Shown here piece by piece: positions 9,264 to 18,006 of a DNA stretch of 64,000 bases. Within the stretch, counting starts at the first letter, position 1; every line of letters begins with the position of its first letter. A model generated the notes under the pieces. The model did not search any database, was not told the origin of the DNA, and saw nothing but the letters and a program-made list of their open reading frames with translations. The position numbers and the translations under genes are program-made. The stretch lies in contig JAFXTJ010000007.1 in the NCBI GenBank assembly GCA_017535945.1, forward strand, positions 1,911-65,910, read 5' to 3'. The stretch is from Lachnospiraceae bacterium. GTDB lineage: Bacteria; Bacillota; Clostridia; Lachnospirales; Lachnospiraceae.

Positions 9264-10061
9264 ATGCACTTTTATGTGATGACGCTGTTCCCGGAGATGG
9301 TCGAAGCGGGACTGGGCGCCGGGATCCTTGGGAAAGCCCAGGATAAGGGCCTCGTCACCTGCGAGATCGTCAACATCAGGGACTATACCAAAGAGCGGAA
9401 GCATCTTAAGGTCGATGATTATACCTATGGCGGCGGCGCAGGGCTTCTGATGCAGGCACAGCCGATCTATGACTGCTACCTCGCGATCCTTGACAGGATC
9501 GAAAAGCGCAGGATGCGGCGCGCAGCCAACGGCCTTAGCGCAACCGGAAACGGCAGACGGCCGAGAGTGCTCTACATGACCCCGCAGGCCGCCGTGTTCA
9601 CGCAGGGACAGGCGGAGGAACTCTCCGCCGAAGAGGATCTGATCCTCTTATGCGGCCATTACGAAGGCGTGGACGAGCGTGTCCTTGAGGAGATCGTCAC
9701 GGACTATGTCTCGATCGGGGATTACGTACTGACCGGCGGCGAACTGGCAGCCATGGTGATCATCGATGCAGTCTCGCGTTTTGTTCCGGGCGTACTGCAT
9801 AACGAGGACTCGGCGCGGACGGATTCCTTTCAGGACGGTCTGCTGGAATATCCGCAGTACTCGAGGCCGGAGGTGTGGAACGGAAAGCGTGTTCCCGAAG
9901 TTCTCCTGTCCGGCGATCATGAACGCGTGGCGGCCTGGCGGCTGGAAGAAAGCCTGAAAAGGACGAAGGAACGCCGGCCGGAGCTGTATGAAGCCTGGCG
10001 CGAGGCACATCCGGAGACCGGACAAAAGACCGGCAGGAGGAAAGGAAAGAAACGTCCATGA
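9264..10061 (+). CDS. trmD: tRNA (guanine37-N1)-methyltransferase
   Basis: VDDYTYGGGAG, LCGHYEGVDER, SIGDYVLTGGE, LLEYPQYSRP. Confidence 0.97.
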   Translation: MHFYVMTLFPEMVEAGLGAGILGKAQDKGLVTCEIVNIRDYTKERKHLKVDDYTYGGGAGLLMQAQPIYDCYLAILDRIEKRRMRRAANGLSATGNGRRPRVLYMTPQAAVFTQGQAEELSAEEDLILLCGHYEGVDERVLEEIVTDYVSIGDYVLTGGELAAMVIIDAVSRFVPGVLHNEDSARTDSFQDGLLEYPQYSRPEVWNGKRVPEVLLSGDHERVAAWRLEESLKRTKERRPELYEAWREAHPETGQKTGRRKGKKRP

Positions 10062-10588
10062 GCCGGGAACTGACACAGGAATTCAGAGTCGGTGTGGTGG
10101 CAAAACCCCACGGGATCCACGGAGAGGTCTGTGTATTCCCCACGACCGACGATCCGGAACGCTTCCGGGAGCTTCGGGAGGTAACCCTCGATACGCCCCG
10201 CGAGGGACGGCTCACCCTCACCATTGAGAGCGTCAAACGGGTGAAGAAATTCGTGGTCCTGAAATTTAAGGGTTACGATACTCCGGAATCGGTGGAGCGC
10301 TACCGCTCCTGTCCGCTCTATGTACCGCGTGAGATGGCTGTCCCGCTGGAAGAAGGCGAGTACTATGTGGCGGATGTCATCGGGCTGCGTGTGCTGAATG
10401 AAGAAAACGGAGAGACACTCGGAGAGATCACCGATGTCATCGAGACCGGTGCCAATGATGTCTATGAGATGAAGAGTGCGGACGGGAAACAGATCATGAT
10501 CCCTGCGATCAAAGAATGCATCCGCCGCATCGACATCGAACAGGGGATCATGGAGATCCATGTGATGAAGGGACTGCTGGAGGATTAA
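10058..10588 (+). CDS. rimM: 16S rRNA processing protein RimM
   Basis: [40 protein letters not shown]. Confidence 0.96.
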   Translation: MSRELTQEFRVGVVAKPHGIHGEVCVFPTTDDPERFRELREVTLDTPREGRLTLTIESVKRVKKFVVLKFKGYDTPESVERYRSCPLYVPREMAVPLEEGEYYVADVIGLRVLNEENGETLGEITDVIETGANDVYEMKSADGKQIMIPAIKECIRRIDIEQGIMEIHVMKGLLED

Positions 10589-10589
10589 G

Positions 10590-11354
10590 ATGCTCTACGC
10601 GGGAGAAAACGAACAGTATCATCTGGAGATCAAAGACGGCTCGATCGGACGTTACGTGATCCTGCCGGGCGATCCGGGCAGATGCGAGAAGATCGCTTCC
10701 CGTCTGGAGGGTGCGAGACAGCTTCATCAGAACAGGGAGTACAATACCTGGACCGGGATGCTGGAAGGGACACAGGTCAGCGTCGTCTCCACCGGGATCG
10801 GCGGACCCAGCGCGGCGATCGCACTGGAGGAATGCGTGAACGCCGGCGCGGATACCTTTATCCGGATCGGCACCTGCGGTGCCATGCAGGAGGAGATCCT
10901 GGGCGGCGATCTTGTGATCGCAACGGGTTCCGTACGGATGGAGGGGACGAGCAGGGAATATGCCCCGATCGAATATCCCGCCGTGGCGGATCTTGCCGTC
11001 ACCAATGCGCTCGTTACCGCGGCGCGGGAATCCGGTGTGCGTTTCCATACCGGTGTGGTGCAGAGCAAGGACAGCTTCTACTCCCAGCATTCACCGGAGA
11101 CCAAGCCGGTGAGCGCGGAGCTCATGGCCAAATGGGAGGCCTGGAAGCGGATGGGGTGTCTCGCTTCCGAAATGGAAGGTGCGGCCCTGTTCATCACGGG
11201 AGCCTACCGCAGAGTCCGGGTGGGCGCATGTTTCCTCGTGATGGCCAATCAGGAGCGGGCCAAAGCGGGACTCGACAACCCTGTCGTCCATGACACGGGT
11301 GCGGCCATCGATCTGGCGGTCGGGGCCATGAGGATCCTGATAAAGAATGCTTGA
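10590..11354 (+). CDS. udp: Uridine phosphorylase
   Basis: [45 protein letters not shown]. Confidence 0.93.
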   Translation: MLYAGENEQYHLEIKDGSIGRYVILPGDPGRCEKIASRLEGARQLHQNREYNTWTGMLEGTQVSVVSTGIGGPSAAIALEECVNAGADTFIRIGTCGAMQEEILGGDLVIATGSVRMEGTSREYAPIEYPAVADLAVTNALVTAARESGVRFHTGVVQSKDSFYSQHSPETKPVSAELMAKWEAWKRMGCLASEMEGAALFITGAYRRVRVGACFLVMANQERAKAGLDNPVVHDTGAAIDLAVGAMRILIKNA

Positions 11355-11379
11355 CGTAGCGGCGTTTTTTTGTTAATCT
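11351..11379 (+). promoter_or_regulatory. Sigma-A promoter for rplS
   Basis: TTGACG, 17-bp spacer, TGtTAATCT; strong RBS aaggaggt. Confidence 0.6.
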
Positions 11380-11406
11380 GTAATTTGTCGTCGTAAGGAG
11401 GTAGTC

Positions 11407-11754
11407 ATGAACAAGATCATTGAAGAAATCGAGAGCGCACAGAAGAAGGAAGAACTGCCGGTGTTCAATACCGGAGATACCGTGCGCGTACACAACAGGA
11501 TCAAGGAAGGCAACCGCGAGCGTGTCCAGATCTTTGAGGGTACCGTGCTCAAGATCCAGGGCGGCGGCAGCCGTCAGACCTTTACCGTCCGCAAGGAATC
11601 GAGCGGCATCGGCGTTGAGAAGACCTGGCCGATCCATTCCCCCAATGTGGAAAAGGTTGAGGTTGTCCGCAGGGGTAAGGTCCGCAGGGCCAAGCTAAAC
11701 TATCTGCGCAGCCTGACCGGCAAGAAGGCCAAGGTCAAGGAGATCATGCGCTGA
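11407..11754 (+). CDS. rplS: 50S ribosomal protein L19
   Basis: FNTGDTVRV...RERVQIFEG...GIGVEKTWP...[12 protein letters not shown]. Confidence 0.98.
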   Translation: MNKIIEEIESAQKKEELPVFNTGDTVRVHNRIKEGNRERVQIFEGTVLKIQGGGSRQTFTVRKESSGIGVEKTWPIHSPNVEKVEVVRRGKVRRAKLNYLRSLTGKKAKVKEIMR

Positions 11755-11778
11755 ACCTGTTTTCTTTTCGTGCTGACG

Positions 11779-11816
11779 GGAGGGCAATCCATGCGGTTGC
11801 CCTTCTTTCACATTTT
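11779..11816 (+). terminator. Probable intrinsic terminator after rplS
   Basis: ggagggcaatc...ggttgcccttc hairpin followed by tttcacatttt. Confidence 0.6.
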
Positions 11817-11836
11817 CCCGTATTGAGGTCCAGTTT

Positions 11837-12412
11837 TTGAAGAAGAAGCAGAGCGGACTCATATTCTATGAGAAAAAAAACCGCGTCTCCTCGGAACTGA
11901 TATCGGAGATGCTGTCTCTGTTATTCTATACCGCGATCGCCGTGGCGATCGCTTGGCTGCTTGTGATGGGGTTTGGCTTCCGTGTGCGGATGATCGGTGC
12001 CTCCATGCTGCCGGAGATCAAAAGCGGGCAGTTCGTATTCATCGACCGCGTGCTGTACCGGCTGAAATCACCGAAGCGCGGCGACATCGTCGCTTTCTAT
12101 CCCAACGGCAATGAAAATGCTCATGTGATGATCCGCAGGGTCATCGCGATGCCGGGGGAGACTGTGCGTATCGAGGAAGGGACCGTTTATATTGACGACC
12201 AGCCCGAAACGGATACTGGTTCCGGCTACGACCGTGTTGCTGATCCCGGGATCGCCTCCGGCGGACTGACACTCGGAGAGAGGGAATACTTCGTACTGGG
12301 CGATCTGCGCAGTATAGGAGAGGATTCCAGAAGTCCGGGGATCGGAGCCGTCAATAAGGATTTCATTATCGGCAAGGCCTGGATGTGGACCGGGGAAGGC
12401 GGAGAACAGTGA
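11837..12412 (+). CDS. Signal peptidase I (S26) paralog; catalytic Lys apparently replaced by Arg
   Basis: N-terminal TM, GASMLP (Ser), PKRGDIV, MIRRVIAMPGE instead of IKRV, YFVLGDLR...EDSR. Confidence 0.85.
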   Translation: MKKKQSGLIFYEKKNRVSSELISEMLSLLFYTAIAVAIAWLLVMGFGFRVRMIGASMLPEIKSGQFVFIDRVLYRLKSPKRGDIVAFYPNGNENAHVMIRRVIAMPGETVRIEEGTVYIDDQPETDTGSGYDRVADPGIASGGLTLGEREYFVLGDLRSIGEDSRSPGIGAVNKDFIIGKAWMWTGEGGEQ

Positions 12413-13269
12413 ACTACGAATGGTATCCGGGGCATATGACCGCCGCGATCCGCTCCATGCGCGAGGATCTGAAACTGATCGATCTCGTGATCGAGCTTGC
12501 GGATGCCAGGATCCCCGCGGCGAGCAGGAATCCCGATATCGATGAGCTCTGCAGGGGCAAAGCGCGCCTGCTCATCTACGGCAAGGCGGATCTCGCGGAT
12601 CCTGCGATGCTCGCTGAATGGATCCGGTATCAGCGCGCAGGCGGCATTACCGCGATCAGCGCGGATGTGCGCTCCGCCGGAGCGCTGAAAACGATCCGTG
12701 CGGCGATCGATGAAGCTTCGGCACCGCTCAGGATCAGAAATGAAAAGCGCGGTCTGAAGAACCAGGCGGTCCGTGCCCTGGTGGCGGGGATCCCCAATGT
12801 GGGCAAATCCACGCTCATCAATCTGCTCGCCGGCAGGAAAGCCGCAAAAACCGGCAACAAACCGGGCGTCACCAGGGGGCGTCAGTGGATCGCAACAGGA
12901 AAAGGACTGCAGCTGCTGGATTCCCCCGGGATCCTATGGCCCAGGATCGGAGACCCCGAAACCGGTGAACTGCTCGCTGTCATCGGCAGCATGAATGATG
13001 AAAATCTGGATCCCGAGGCGCTGGCGCGTGCGATCCTGGCCAGGCTGGATAGAATCGCGCCGGAAGCGGTCATGACCCGGTTTTCGCTGCCGGAGGAGGC
13101 TCGGGCTGTCCCTCCGGAGGAAAAACTCTCCCTGATCGCGGAAAAACGCGGCTTTCTCGGAGAGGGAGGCAGACTCCTGACCTCCCGGGCGGCGGAGGTG
13201 CTGATCGACGAATTCAGAAAAGGCAGGCTCGGTGGCTTTGTGCTGGAGCCGGTGCCGGACAATACGTGA
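12409..13269 (+). CDS. rbgA: Ribosome biogenesis GTPase RbgA/YlqF
   Basis: WYPGHM, DARIP, GIPNVGKSTLIN, PGVTRG, DSPGILWP; GTG start at 12409. Confidence 0.96.
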   Translation: MNYEWYPGHMTAAIRSMREDLKLIDLVIELADARIPAASRNPDIDELCRGKARLLIYGKADLADPAMLAEWIRYQRAGGITAISADVRSAGALKTIRAAIDEASAPLRIRNEKRGLKNQAVRALVAGIPNVGKSTLINLLAGRKAAKTGNKPGVTRGRQWIATGKGLQLLDSPGILWPRIGDPETGELLAVIGSMNDENLDPEALARAILARLDRIAPEAVMTRFSLPEEARAVPPEEKLSLIAEKRGFLGEGGRLLTSRAAEVLIDEFRKGRLGGFVLEPVPDNT

Positions 13270-13292
13270 ACAGGACAGATGAGGGATACGGT

Positions 13293-13850
13293 ATGAGTGG
13301 CGAAGTCAGAAGGACCATCGGACAGGGGATCCGCAGTATCATCGGGACGATCATCTATCTCGCCGTCGTCTTTGCGGTGACGTTTCTCTTCATCATTTTT
13401 GTGGCGCAGCGTACGGATGTGGACGGCAAGTCCATGGAGAACACACTGCATCACGGAGATTCCCTGATCGTTGACAAGATCAGCTACCGGTTCCGCGACC
13501 CCAGGCGCTTTGAGATCATCGTATTCCCGTTCCGCTATGCGGAGGATGTGCTCTACATCAAGCGGATCATCGGCCTGCCGGGGGAGACCGTGCAGATCGA
13601 TAACGACGGCAATATCTACATCAACGGCGAGATCCTGCACGAGAGCTACGGACGGGAGGTCATCAAAAGTCCCGGACGTGCCGTCGAGCCGATCGTGCTG
13701 GGTGAGGATGAGTATTTCGTCCTGGGCGACAACCGCAACAATTCTTCCGACGGGAGAGATCCCTCCGTCGGGAATATTCACAGGAAGGACATCATCGGTC
13801 GCGCATTGCTCAGGATCTATCCCTTTGCCGATTTCGGTCCCGTGCACTGA
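13293..13850 (+). CDS. lepB: Signal peptidase I
   Basis: GKSMENT (Ser), YIKRIIGLPGE (Lys), GDNRNNSSDGR; RBS gaggg before ATG 13293 (alternative GTG at 13266). Confidence 0.93.
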   Translation: MSGEVRRTIGQGIRSIIGTIIYLAVVFAVTFLFIIFVAQRTDVDGKSMENTLHHGDSLIVDKISYRFRDPRRFEIIVFPFRYAEDVLYIKRIIGLPGETVQIDNDGNIYINGEILHESYGREVIKSPGRAVEPIVLGEDEYFVLGDNRNNSSDGRDPSVGNIHRKDIIGRALLRIYPFADFGPVH

Positions 13851-13851
13851 T

Positions 13852-14529
13852 ATGACCAAAGCAGAAGAAGCACGGATCCGGAAGCAGCAGAAGCTCGAGG
13901 CGGAGTATGCAAGACTCGACGCTCTGTGCGCGATCGAACGGGAACACAAGGAAGCATCCCTGATCTGCGGTGTGGACGAGGTCGGAAGAGGACCGTTAGC
14001 CGGCCCGGTCGTTGCCGGCGCCGTGATCCTGCCGGATGATCCGGATGTCATTCATGAACTTCTGTATCTAAACGATTCCAAGAAATTATCCGAAAAAAGA
14101 AGAGAAGAGTTATATGATAAGATCCTGAAGCTGTCGGTCGCCTGCAGCACCGGGAGTGCCGATGAGAGCAGGATCGATGAGATCAACATCCTGCAGGCGG
14201 ATTACGAAGCCATGGCGGAGGCTGTCGGGGCACTTGAAGTGCGTCCCGATCTGCTTCTGCTCGATGCGGTCCATGTGCCGCAGCTATCGGCTTATCCACA
14301 GGTCTCCATCATCAAAGGGGATGCGAAAAGCGCATCCATCGCCGCCGCGAGCATCCTGGCCAAGGTGACGAGAGACCGCTACATGACGGAGATCTCGGAG
14401 AAGTATCCGGAATACGGATTTGCGAAGAATAAAGGTTACGGGACGGCGGAGCATATCGCGGCGCTGAAGAAATACGGCCCCTGTCCCATTCACAGGAGGA
14501 GTTTCATCGGAGGGATCCTCGGATCTTGA
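13852..14529 (+). CDS. rnhB: Ribonuclease HII
   Basis: GVDEVGRGPLAGPVVA, LNDSKKLS, KGDAKS, SIAAASILAKVTRD, KGYGT; real start is ATG 13852. Confidence 0.97.
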   Translation: MTKAEEARIRKQQKLEAEYARLDALCAIEREHKEASLICGVDEVGRGPLAGPVVAGAVILPDDPDVIHELLYLNDSKKLSEKRREELYDKILKLSVACSTGSADESRIDEINILQADYEAMAEAVGALEVRPDLLLLDAVHVPQLSAYPQVSIIKGDAKSASIAAASILAKVTRDRYMTEISEKYPEYGFAKNKGYGTAEHIAALKKYGPCPIHRRSFIGGILGS

Positions 14530-16460
14530 TCACAGATATGATCGATCATCTGGCATACTCGGGAACCATACAGAACACGACCGGGGTCACAAAGACGACT
14601 CCGACATCCTCTGCGCAGGAGGCTGCTCTCGCGCGCGGCAGGGAGGCGCTCTCCGGGATGTCCGACGGGGAGACGATCACGGGCAAGGTCGTGAACATCA
14701 TGTCCGGTGAGGACGGCAGCCGGACGGCCCGTGTGGATATCGGGGGCGGCGCCCTCGTGGATGCGAAGCTTACCGGCAATATGGCACTGTCGGAGGGACA
14801 GGAACTCTCCTTCAGTATCCGCAGCGGATCGGACGGTCAGGGGACGATCGCGCTCCGTCCGCTCTATGCGAATACCGCCGCGGACTTAAACGGCATGAAG
14901 GCACTCACGCAGGCGGGTCTGCCTGCCACGATGGACAATACGGCCATGGTGCGGGAGATGATGAGCGAGGGGATGCCGATCGACCGCGGCACCCTGCTCG
15001 GCATGAGCAGACACATCATGGCCAATCCGGGCCACGCCACGAGCATCGTACAGATGAGCAATCTCGGGATCCCCGTCACACCGGAGAATATCGAACAGTT
15101 CGAGAATTATAAGAATTTCGAGCATCAGGTCACGCACTCCATCGATTCGATCATGGAGGAACTGCCCGATGCCTTCCGTGCAATGCAGTCTGCCGGCAAC
15201 AGCGAAGGAGCGATGGATCTGTACGGAGAGCTGCTCAAGCTGTTTTCGGGACAGGATGAAGCACAGGGAACGGAACAGGCGGCCGCAGCCGCGGACGGGA
15301 GCGCTCCGGCGGAAAACGCCGCACAGGCTTCCGGTGACGCGGCGTCAACGCAGGTAACGACCGTCATCACGGAAGAGATCCTGGAAGAAGGGCCGGTACA
15401 GCAGACAGCTGCCGAAAAAGAGGCGCCGGAGGCTGCAGCTGAAAACGGACAGGCAGTGAGGGAACAGACGCCGAAAACACCGGAGGAGGCCCTGCGGGAT
15501 GCGCTGAGCAGGCAGAGTCCGGCGGAGAATACGCAGACACAGCCTGCCGCCGGCAATGCCCGGGCGGATGTCCTGCAGGCAGCGATGAAGGCACTTTCAC
15601 AGGCGGGAGAACAGACACAGCAGACACAGGGACAGCCACTGCCGCAGAATTTCACGGATCTGCTGCGGGCGCTGGAGATCCCCGAGGAAGTGATCAGAAA
15701 CGCCCAGCAGGCCGGAACGGAGAATGCCGCTCAGACTGAATTGCTGCGGGCACTTTCGGATGCCTACGGGAAGACGGCGCATCAGGATTCGCGAACGGAC
15801 GAGCTGTGGACAAAACTCTTCTCAGGAAAGCAGTTCACCGGGATCCTCAAGGAAGCGATCGGCAAGGACTGGCTGTTAAAGCCCGATGATGTCAGCGAAA
15901 AGGACAATGTCCGCAATCTGTATGAACGCCTGCAGAATCAGACGAGGCAGCTCTCCAATATCCTGTCCGCCACAAAGGGCAGCGGCACACCGCTCGCGGC
16001 CCATGTGGAGAATCTGCAGAATAATCTGAATTTCATGAACGATCTGAATCATATGTTCCAGTTCGTGCAGCTGCCGCTTAAGATGAACGGACAAAACACG
16101 CACGGCGATCTCTATGTCTATGCGAACAGGAAAAACCCGCTGCACGAAGACGGGACCGTGAGTGCCGTTTTGCATCTGGACATGGAGCATATGGGCCCCG
16201 TCGACGTGTTCATCAAGATGCGGGACAATAATGTGAAGACCAATTTCTACCTCGCCGATGACGAGATGATCGATTTCCTCATGGAGCATATCGATATCCT
16301 GAACAAACGCCTCGAAAAACGCGGCTACAATATGGACGCGAAACTGATGCTGCATGAGGAGATCGACAACACCCCCGACGCACCGGTCAAAGAGATGCTC
16401 GACGGCAATGTCTCAAGGCTCTCCGCACTTTCCCATACGGCGTTTGACGCACTGGCCTGA
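14526..16460 (+). CDS. FliK-like (hook-length control C-terminal domain) protein, YlqG-like
   Basis: Long Ala/Gln/Glu-rich middle; C-terminus QLPLK...HGDLYVY...LHLDMEHMGPVDV...LNKRLEKRGY...FDALA; followed by an FlhB-C-like gene. Confidence 0.8.
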   Translation: MITDMIDHLAYSGTIQNTTGVTKTTPTSSAQEAALARGREALSGMSDGETITGKVVNIMSGEDGSRTARVDIGGGALVDAKLTGNMALSEGQELSFSIRSGSDGQGTIALRPLYANTAADLNGMKALTQAGLPATMDNTAMVREMMSEGMPIDRGTLLGMSRHIMANPGHATSIVQMSNLGIPVTPENIEQFENYKNFEHQVTHSIDSIMEELPDAFRAMQSAGNSEGAMDLYGELLKLFSGQDEAQGTEQAAAAADGSAPAENAAQASGDAASTQVTTVITEEILEEGPVQQTAAEKEAPEAAAENGQAVREQTPKTPEEALRDALSRQSPAENTQTQPAAGNARADVLQAAMKALSQAGEQTQQTQGQPLPQNFTDLLRALEIPEEVIRNAQQAGTENAAQTELLRALSDAYGKTAHQDSRTDELWTKLFSGKQFTGILKEAIGKDWLLKPDDVSEKDNVRNLYERLQNQTRQLSNILSATKGSGTPLAAHVENLQNNLNFMNDLNHMFQFVQLPLKMNGQNTHGDLYVYANRKNPLHEDGTVSAVLHLDMEHMGPVDVFIKMRDNNVKTNFYLADDEMIDFLMEHIDILNKRLEKRGYNMDAKLMLHEEIDNTPDAPVKEMLDGNVSRLSALSHTAFDALA

Positions 16461-16468
16461 GGCGGACG

Positions 16469-16777
16469 ATGGCAGAGCAGCAGAAGCACAAGATCAAACA
16501 GGCGATCGCCCTCGGCTATGATCCGGGACAGGATGACGCGCCGCGCATCATCGCTTCCGGCCGGGGCGCACTGGCGGAGCGGATCCTCGAGCAGGCTGCG
16601 GAACATGATATCCCGATCCATGAGGACAGCAAGCTCGCGGATACACTGGCGCGTCTGGAAATCGGCGAGATGATCCCGCCGGAACTCTATGAGGTCGTGG
16701 CCGAGATCCTGGTCTTTGTGGACGCGATGGACAAGATCCGCGCGAAGTCTCAGATCAAACTGCCCGGTCAGCAATGA
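16469..16777 (+). CDS. FlhB C-terminal-like protein (EscU/YscU/HrcU family, FlhX/YlqH-like)
   Basis: AIALGYD...APRIIASGRG.LAERI...IPIHED...IPPELYEVVAEIL. Confidence 0.92.
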   Translation: MAEQQKHKIKQAIALGYDPGQDDAPRIIASGRGALAERILEQAAEHDIPIHEDSKLADTLARLEIGEMIPPELYEVVAEILVFVDAMDKIRAKSQIKLPGQQ

Positions 16778-17142
16778 ACAAGCGGAGCGTCGGGACACAA
16801 TATGAACAGCTCGCCGCGGAGGAACTAAGGAAAGAAGGCGCCGTACCGGTAGAAACCAATTTCCGCTGCAGGATGGGGGAGATCGATCTGATCTACAGGG
16901 AGGATAAGTACCTCGTCTTTGCGGAGGTGAAATACCGCAGCGGCAGCCGCTTCGGCAGCGCGGCGGAGGCGGTGACTTCCGCCAAACAGCGTAAGATCTG
17001 CAAGGTCGCGGCTTTCTATTTACAGGTGCGCGGGATCCCGGATGGGACACCGGTCCGTTTTGATGTGATCGCGATCGACGGCGGCGGAGAGGGACCCGTC
17101 CGGATCGGGAGGATCCGGGACGCCTTCCCGTTTGCGATGTAA
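16774..17142 (+). CDS. yraN: YraN (UPF0102) endonuclease-like protein
   Basis: GTQYEQLA, NFRCRMGEIDLI, VFAEVKYR, AVTSAKQRKI, RFDVIAI. Confidence 0.93.
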   Translation: MNKRSVGTQYEQLAAEELRKEGAVPVETNFRCRMGEIDLIYREDKYLVFAEVKYRSGSRFGSAAEAVTSAKQRKICKVAAFYLQVRGIPDGTPVRFDVIAIDGGGEGPVRIGRIRDAFPFAM

Positions 17143-17182
17143 ATTCCCGATGAAGACCTTTTCCCCGGACGGGGTTCTGCAA

Positions 17183-17223
17183 CTTAAAGATTTCTTAAGG
17201 ATTCTGATGTCCGCTTCTTAACA
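17183..17223 (+). promoter_or_regulatory. Candidate OmpR-family direct-repeat binding site
   Basis: CTTAA at 17183 and 17194 (11-bp period), third copy at about 17217, upstream of the response regulator gene. Confidence 0.45.
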
Positions 17224-17271
17224 TTTCCGTGTTTTAATGATATTGTCACTTTTAACCTACGGAGGAATGCC

Positions 17272-18006
17272 ATGCAGGGAAACAGAGAAACAGGGACGAT
17301 CCTCGTATGCGATGACGATCACGCGATCGTTGACGCGATCCGGATCTATCTGGAGCAGGAAGGCTACACCGTCGTCACCGCGGACAACGGGGACGATGCC
17401 TATAAACTGGTCCGAAAGGGTCATATCGATCTGGCGATCCTGGATGTGATGATGCCGGGACTCGACGGCATCCATCTGACGCTCAGGATCCGGGAATTCT
17501 CGCGGATCCCGGTGATCATCCTGTCCGCCAAGACGGAGGACGCGGACAAGATCCTGGGACTTAATGTAGGCGCCGATGATTATGTGCCGAAGCCGTTCAA
17601 TCCGCTCGAACTTGTCGCGCGTGTGCGGTCCAATCTCAGACGCTACAGGGAACTCGGGAGCGCAGCGGAGCTGACGGGCGATCACGTATACCGGACGGGC
17701 GGTCTGACCGTCGATGACGATGCCAAGGAAGTCACGGTGGACGGCGAGGCTGTCCGTCTGACGCCCATCGAATATCAGATCCTGCTGTTCCTCTTAAAGA
17801 ACAAGGGCAAGGTCTTTTCCATCGAGCAGATCTATGAATCGATCTGGAATGAGGATGCGATCGGCGCGGACAATACCGTTGCCGTACATATCCGTCATAT
17901 CAGGGAAAAGATCGAGATCGATCCCAAGGAACCCCGTTATCTCAAGGTTGTCTGGGGCGTCGGCTATAAGATCGAGGCGGATAAGCAGGAGGGAGAGGGA
18001 AGATGA
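17272..18006 (+). CDS. OmpR/PhoB-family response regulator
   Basis: LVCDDD, LDVMMPGLDG, GADDYVPKPF, winged helix LTPIEY...TVAVHIRHIREKIE...VWGVGY. Confidence 0.96.
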   Translation: MQGNRETGTILVCDDDHAIVDAIRIYLEQEGYTVVTADNGDDAYKLVRKGHIDLAILDVMMPGLDGIHLTLRIREFSRIPVIILSAKTEDADKILGLNVGADDYVPKPFNPLELVARVRSNLRRYRELGSAAELTGDHVYRTGGLTVDDDAKEVTVDGEAVRLTPIEYQILLFLLKNKGKVFSIEQIYESIWNEDAIGADNTVAVHIRHIREKIEIDPKEPRYLKVVWGVGYKIEADKQEGEGR

